42,351 bases of DNA from NCBI RefSeq assembly GCF_001194135.2, contig NC_068983.1:152814271-152856621 (forward strand), read 5' to 3'. This stretch comes from Octopus bimaculoides. Its lineage: Eukaryota. Each line of letters begins with the position of its first letter. Position 1 is the first letter of the stretch. The notes below the pieces were generated by a model. That model was not told the origin of the DNA, made no database searches, and saw only the letters and a list, made by a program, of their open reading frames with translations. Shown here piece by piece: positions 35,165 to 42,351 of this stretch. The position numbers were made by a program, and so were the translations under genes.

Positions 35165-38100
35165 ACATGTTCATTTTATATATTTGTGCGTCTATATATA
35201 TTTTTATATCTATATATAAGTTTACAGTTTGGTAGAGATAACTTATCTGTTCGAAAAAAGAAACGTTAGGCTTCATCAATAATTCAGTAAGCTGTATTAT
35301 GAGCAATTCTCTATCTGAGAAACACGGAACCATTTAGTGACACACAAATACATTAATAAAATATATTGTGAAAAATAATCGATCGCTTGCTAAGTTATAG
35401 TGACTACTATTATACAACTGTGATATTCTTTTTCAGATTTTCCATCGGGATATAATTATTTAGAATATACCTGGACAAAGTTGTACAATAATACTTAACT
35501 AATTCATGATAAGCTTAAATGAATTTCAAATGTATACATATTCCGAAGTATTCATTGATATATTTATGACATTTTGTATTAATTGCTTACGGTATGTCAA
35601 CCGTATTTGGTAGATGATGTAAAACATGTTTTTTAGCTTCCTGAGCTTACTCATGCTTGAAATTTTCGTTGCAGCAAAGATTTCAATTTCATTCAACATA
35701 TGGTTAAGGCTATACAAGCAGAGGCTGATGATAGTCTTGCAAGTTCCCGACTCAGCTAATACGATATGATATGCGGTAGGTCACCATATTTGTATATATA
35801 TATATATATATATACATATTCTTATTGTGCCTGTTGACTTTTGGGAATTCAACTTAATATTTGCAAAGATAAGCACAACTAGTTTTCTTATGCTAATAGT
35901 AATATTGTTATTTCAGTATGCGTTTAAATCCACTGGAAATGGATATATTCCGGAGACACAGATTTCCTTACTCTGTAAATCTATGTAAATTTATGATAGC
36001 AAAATGTCGGTTATTAAAAACATGTCAACATGGTTAAAAGACATTCTACCTGCGAACATCACGTCCCGTTTCCTCGTGCTCAAAGCCACGAACTAAATTA
36101 TTCAAATGTTTCTTTTTTAGGTGACTCGGTACGCTATAAGGCCTGATGCGAATGAGATGTGTTTACCAATTTTAGCAGATCGAGTGACATTTCAGAGGAC
36201 CCCCACCCCACTCATTTGCTCAGCAAAACCTTCTGCTCGTTTCGGTTCCTGCTCGTAGTAATATCATAAATTCTAAATATCTTATTCATTGTGAGAAGTT
36301 TACGATAACATACTTTATTATTTTCACCACTGTACATTGATTTGCTATGCCAGTTCCATCTCTATTCAGGCAGTAACCTTCACCATTCAGCAAGGTTTAA
36401 AACGACACTTAGAAACCTTCAGTATTGCGCCTCAGTTTAGCATCTAATTATTTTACCTACGCTGTTGCTATTTAACCACGAATTAACTCTTACGGAATAG
36501 ACCTTTCAAGAAAAGTACTTTAATTAGATCAATTATCTTTATATATCTGGAACCGCATTATTCAAATGAACCAGCACTTTTTAGAACAACAGGAACGGGG
36601 TATTTGAGAGAATATGGCTGTCATTTCTAGCAGTTCCTGCTGCTGGCTCGGTTTCCCTCATTTTGCAAAGGTGTGAAATTTACACATTCCAACATCCACT
36701 CACCTTACAACTGAAAATATATGCAAGAAATCAATACTCCAAAGGTGTTAGTGTAGCATTTTTCTCATTCTTTACACTTTGTCACACACCTACCATTCCT
36801 TTCCAACACGTGGTCACTTCTAACGATGTCTTTCTTATTTTTTTTTTTTTGCGAAGAGATAATTTATAATTAATATTAAAAATGAAACATTCTAAAGTAC
36901 ATGTAAAAGCCTTCCAAATACGCTGCAAGAGAAGTAGAGCGAATGATATATTATGATGAAGAATGGGAGAGAAACGATACACCAGCAATCTGCAGGAAGA
37001 GGGAGGAGTATCAAGATATTCACACAATTATCAATAATGTGGAACTATTAGACAGAAGGAAAGTCATCGTAGAAATAGCAGTATTACATTAAATCTATTC
37101 GCTCGCAGTATATTCTGAGACTTTGAACTACCTCCTAGAAATAACAGTCAAGCGAAGGAATATATGCGTGGTAACTCGACCCGCTAGCATTAACAATCAA
37201 ATATTACTCAAATCACACATATTTGTTTTAAAATTTAAAAACATTTTGAGCGATGTGTCTGAAGAGGTTGAGATTGCTGAAACATCGTTGATATATTTGA
37301 TTAGAGGTGGAACTGATCAGTAAAGCGTTTTCCTTCAGTACCTTGCAAAATGAGGAGGGTACCTTAGATTACCTCAGATAAAATAGGATCATTTATGGAT
37401 TGAACATCTTTCATAACAGAGCCGCGGCTATACACACAGACGCACGTACGAGCGCGCGCACACGCACAAACACACAAAAAACACAATGCTCTTGCAAAAT
37501 GGTTGAAGCGTGAAACGAAACGGTTTGTGGTAAACATTCTTGCGTCTTATACTGTAATACTGGACTTTATGGAGGTGAAATAAATTTCTTATCAATTATA
37601 TACTTCATCTTTATATATTGATATACAAATTCCCAAAGTTTTAGGTTTGTGGATGATAACCTGAAATTGCGATGACAAATTCGAAACTTTTAAAAGCCTA
37701 CCTCGTTGAATACTTGTAAATGCTTTTCTTCTGTGCACAAATGATGTACATAAAGATAATGGATACACACTCACTCTAAAATAAATAAATAAATAAAAAT
37801 AATTGCTAATCGCACGTTTCTTAGAAATTCTTTTTGAATCACACTTGAGACATATAAAATTAAGTCTGAAAGAGTTTAGGTAAGATTCATATATTTTGCG
37901 GAGATAATAATTATGAACAGAGCAAGGTAATTATTTTGTGAATCATTAGAAAGATGAGGCTGATGTGTAAGTCTCACGTATCCTCCGTTTCACAGATAGA
38001 GATTTCGCTTTAGATATTTCGCTGTAAGCTTTCCCATGACAGAAGAATAACGTGTCCTTCCTGATCAACGAAGTTTTCATGAATTCCACTGCACTGAGGT

Positions 38101-38390
38101 TGCCTAGATCAGTGAATCATACATAATTTCGAGCTCAATAACAATTAGATGCATCTGGCTATTACAAATTAACTGTTTTCATTAGAGATACACAACAATT
38201 AGAACATTAAAACCACAAATACATATCTTAATCAGGAGTCAAAATACAAAATACCAGTTGTTCGCGTAACTTTATTTTGTAAATGTTATAGATTCATTAG
38301 GCAGGCGATTCCTTTTAAGACTTTGGAAAGAAATTCAAAGCAAAGGGAATAAATAAAAATACAAATTACCATAGAGATCGGTTATCAGCA

Positions 38391-38457
38391 GCGATCACCT
38401 AAAATTTATTTCATTCTATATTGCGATCACCTAAAATTTATTTCATTCTATATTGCG
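38391..38457. repeat. 32-bp tandem duplication
   Basis: GCGATCACCTAAAATTTATTTCATTCTATATT occurs twice, followed by GCG. Confidence 0.95.
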
Positions 38458-39000
38458 CTACCTGAAACGCCTTCCAACTCGATTAGATGCATTCTAGATA
38501 AGCATAGCTAACAGCTAATCAGCTTCGGGTTATAGAGTAAACTTTATAGTAAACTGTCTCATTACATAACATATGGTTTTTATCTTTCGGAGAAAATGTA
38601 AATTTGTTAAATGTGTTAAGTGATTTAGAAATACTTTGAGAAGTATGGATATATTATTTATGAATATTTCAGTATTATAAAAATATCGATTTGGCATGGA
38701 CGTCGAAATTATGAATTTGTAAAATTTGAAGGCGTGAATAAATAATGACTGAAACCCCCAAACGGGAGTTGAGTACGTTCGTTCCAAGCTGCATTTTTAT
38801 GTTCTTCGAAGTGTATGAAAGCCATAAAAATATATTTGTTATTAAATTTAGTATTAAATGTACTTATTTAAGAAGGGCATCAAATTATTTTGTGTGCGCG
38901 AGGGATAGAATTAATACATATTTCAACTATATTTTCCCGAAATAAATTTTTGTCACGTTAGACTGAATTAAGGAAAAATCTACTCTATACACACACACAC

Positions 39001-39071
39001 ATGTATGTATGTATGTATGTATGTATGTATGTATGTATGCATGCATGTATGTATGTGTGTATGTATGTATG
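39001..39071. repeat. (TATG)n microsatellite
   Basis: Directly visible. Confidence 0.9.
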
Positions 39072-42000
39072 CATAAGTTTAGACATAGAACTGAGTATAA
39101 GTCGATTTAAAGTAATTTGCACCAATGAGGCAGAATAATATAGTCAATCAATGCATATTTGCATCAATACTCTATCGCCAATAGTCAAATAGATGCACAG
39201 TTTATGAAAAGGTAAAGTAAACCATGTCTGAAAAGTTCATATTTTGTTAAAACACTTTTTTTTTAATATTCATCTTTTAATTTTTCTTAGGTAAATCCAT
39301 TGTTGAAAATGCCTCAGCATAGCAATATTGACATTCGCACAATATTAGCTGCTGTTGAACGAGTTGATAATGCATCGGCCAATTACTCCACGTGAACGCT
39401 GGTTGGTTTCTTATTACGGACATATTTCCGCTTCATGAAAACTGTATTCAACTGGCAAAACTTCAATACACCTAACTTTGTGAAGATATTATAAGGCCAG
39501 GGATTTACAGCTCATTGTAGCGGCATCTAAAAGTTACTTATGTTGCTTTTCCTCTTATTTCTTATTTGAATTTTGAATATGGAAGTACTTCAAAGAGAAT
39601 TTTGTTCTGCGTTAAATCATTTAAAAGGCAATGGGTTTAAAGATCAATTGATCGATCCTTTTCTGATCAAGAAAAATGAAATATCAAAAATATAATGCTT
39701 ATATTTTTGAGGCCAAAGATAATTTAAGAATAGTAGGCTTAAAAATCATTCAAGCTCAAAACTGCTTGTGTAGGTAATATTGAAATTTCCATCTAATTTT
39801 TTGCATCTAATTTTTATATAATATTTTACTCACCTCGGAACGTATTAATATATATGACAATAGCACAGCTTGCCATATAGACCATTGTTTATCCGCAGAG
39901 TATTAGATGTGGGGGGGGGGGGTAAAACCGGCTTTAAAACTCCAATAGGAGTAAAAGTTTCGGTAAGTGTTACCTATGTTAGCACTCGATCTCAGATTAG
40001 AGATTGCAATGAACTATTGAAATATATTATGCTCAGTGAACTTCTGTTTCAGCAATTTGAACATCATTTACTTATGACGTTAATCTATGAAGAAAGTGTT
40101 TTCATCTTTTCTATCTGTACGAAACAAAACAGCAGTTTAAAAGATATTTTTTGCTGCTGTAATGTTTATATATATATGTGTGTGTGTGTGTGTGCATGCG
40201 CGTGCATGTTTGTGTGATTGTGACCATGTTTGAATATGGAATATTTCCATGTAAAGTTAGTAGTTAAAAGGTTAATCTCGATATAATGTCACATCATTTA
40301 GTAGAATATCGATAAAAAAAAAACAATTACATTCTTTTCTGGGAAAATTATTGAAAATAAAATATAAAAAAACACAGAACTTTAGTATCACCTGCCATAT
40401 TGAATTGTTGCTGTTTCAAAACTTAATTTAGTATTCAGATTTCTAATTTTCTTTTCAAAGAAGCGAGAAAATATCTTTAAATATTGACAATTTTGAATAA
40501 CTTGTTTTAGTATCATTTTCTTTTAACGGTTTTTGTAAAAATGGTTCACGTCTTCTTTTTTTGGATTAACTTAACAAAAGATAAAATGAAGAGGAAATGT
40601 ATGCTGAAAACCAAATAGATTATAGAATAATGAAGAAACTATCTTAAGCTTCATCAAACAATATTGAATTATTTCAGAGTGAGAAGCTAACTTATGTTTC
40701 TATTATATATTTCGTCTAAAAAATAAATGATAAGTGATTGAAACTCGGCAAAGAGAGTTTCACTCGGCAAAAAGAGTGATTGTAACTGATGTAACTTCAA
40801 CATATTTAACCAATAGACACATGCACATGTGTGTACATTCACAGATACACACAAGCAAACGGCTACAGACACACTTCTATAATAGGTGACTGAACAAGAT
40901 GACTATATCAGATGTAACCTCGTCATTCAGAGGTGTACACAAAACAAAAATACACGCATGCGCACATAAAAATTAAACATACACATATTTACACACATAC
41001 ACACAAACACACACGCAAACAAACGCACACATGCATGCACACACACGCACGCGCACAAACGCATAAATTTCAATGTCATGTTTGAGGGTGTGCCTTACAC
41101 ATTTGCGTGTGTGTGAATGTGTGTGTGTGTATGTGTGTGTGTATGTGTGTGTGTGTGTGTTTGAACTTGTATGAGTGAGTAGGTTGATGCTTTTATAAGA
41201 ATGAATTCATCAAGAATAATGTTTTAGTGAATGTTTTTACCTTACATTCGAAAGGGTTGTATTTCCTCGTAAATGTATAATAGTTTAATTCAAATGGTTA
41301 CTTGTTTTCTTTCATCTTCATTGTGTAAGCTTATATAATATAATATATTCGTACTCATTGTTTCGAAGCATGTGCCTACGTATGTGTCTGTGCGCGCACG
41401 CGCGTATCTCTGTGAGTGTAGTGTTTTCATATACCCTGTTGTTTAATAAGACAATAAAATGCTCGGTCATAGAGTTTTATATATGTGAATTTAAATGTGA
41501 TAAAGAGGAATTACAATCTCAAAAGCAGTTTAGTGTGGTCGGTCGTTCGGTCCAGGGTAAAATCTTTGAGCTGAGAAGTAATAAATTAATTCCATATATT
41601 TTATGTAATGTATACCTTTTGTCATATTTGAAAGGCTCTTATTTAAGGAGTATAAAGAAAAAAAATTGGTAACTTTTCATCTATATGTTGCGTTAAGATT
41701 GACCTGACGACGATATGCCTGTTATGGTGTAAGAAACGAAAGTAATTTGTTTCGTTCTTATGTATATGCACTTGACTTATCTCTGCCCATAAGAGGCCAA
41801 CATGTTTCTTCTTTGTTTCTTGACTTCTAAATTTACATTTTGAAATACAGTAAAAGTTAGCGGTGAAGAAGAAATATAACGGAATGGTATGTAGCATGAA
41901 AGTTTTTCGTTTCTATATTTGAAATGATGGCTTGTTGGGAAAATCACACCAGAGTACACTCACTGTACGTATTCCACAATTGAATAAAACCTCCAGATCC

Positions 42001-42351
42001 AAAGGTAGAGAAGCTTCTGAATTAGGTGAAGAATAAACAATAACTCAGATAGATTGAAGTTCAATAGAGCTGTTTCAGAGGTTTTCTTTATTTCACAAAA
42101 TAGAAAATACTGCAAAGTAACGTTACAGCTGGAAGACTGTGCAACTGAAACCATTACAGCGTTTATATTTATGGTGATGCATTAATCAACTCGTACTAGG
42201 AGCCAGAATAAGGGTAGGGGTAGAGGACAAGTACATATATATATCTTTGCTCCTTTGCGCCACATGGGCTCAACTCCCCTCCACTCGTCATCTAACCCCC
42301 TCCTCCTGTCTCTCTCCCCCACCCTCCCTCCTACCACCCATCTCTCCCCTC

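Noticed and set aside
35916-36630. Short peptides resembling EF-hand loops (FKSTGNGYIPE at about 35920; FRTTGTGYLRE at about 36580)
   Set aside because: They lack the Asp ligands, end in stops within a few codons, and have no consistent splice pairs.
31078-38457. CRISPR-like arrays from short direct repeats
   Set aside because: Only two adjacent copies with no spacers (simple tandem duplications), in a eukaryotic context.

Overview
AT-rich, microsatellite- and transposon-dense eukaryotic draft-assembly DNA with nine N-gaps (about 3.4 kb in total). The repeat families look like those I recall from octopus/cephalopod genomes (inference, no search run). I recognise no intact host gene, so the window is probably intronic or intergenic. 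All protein-coding signal comes from decayed mobile elements: four R4/Dong-clade (RLE) non-LTR retroelement pieces associated with (TAA)n, a roughly 4.3-kb L1/Tx1-like LINE, a CR1-like 3' end, a Penelope-like RT/GIY-YIG relic, three mariner pieces, a DUF4817/rosa-like Tc1-mariner, and three tRNA-derived SINE families. The most unusual structures are: (1) two diverged copies of a roughly 270-bp module starting with a minimal type I hammerhead-ribozyme fold with compensatory stems, one directly after the Tx1-like 3' end; (2) a 369-bp near-perfect palindrome with a 1-nt spacer, next to a 148-bp hairpin; (3) two mariner halves in permuted order sharing a 10-bp junction; (4) a SINE whose 3' tail matches the CR1 3' end in the same window. 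All translations and alignments were done by eye, so boundaries are approximate.
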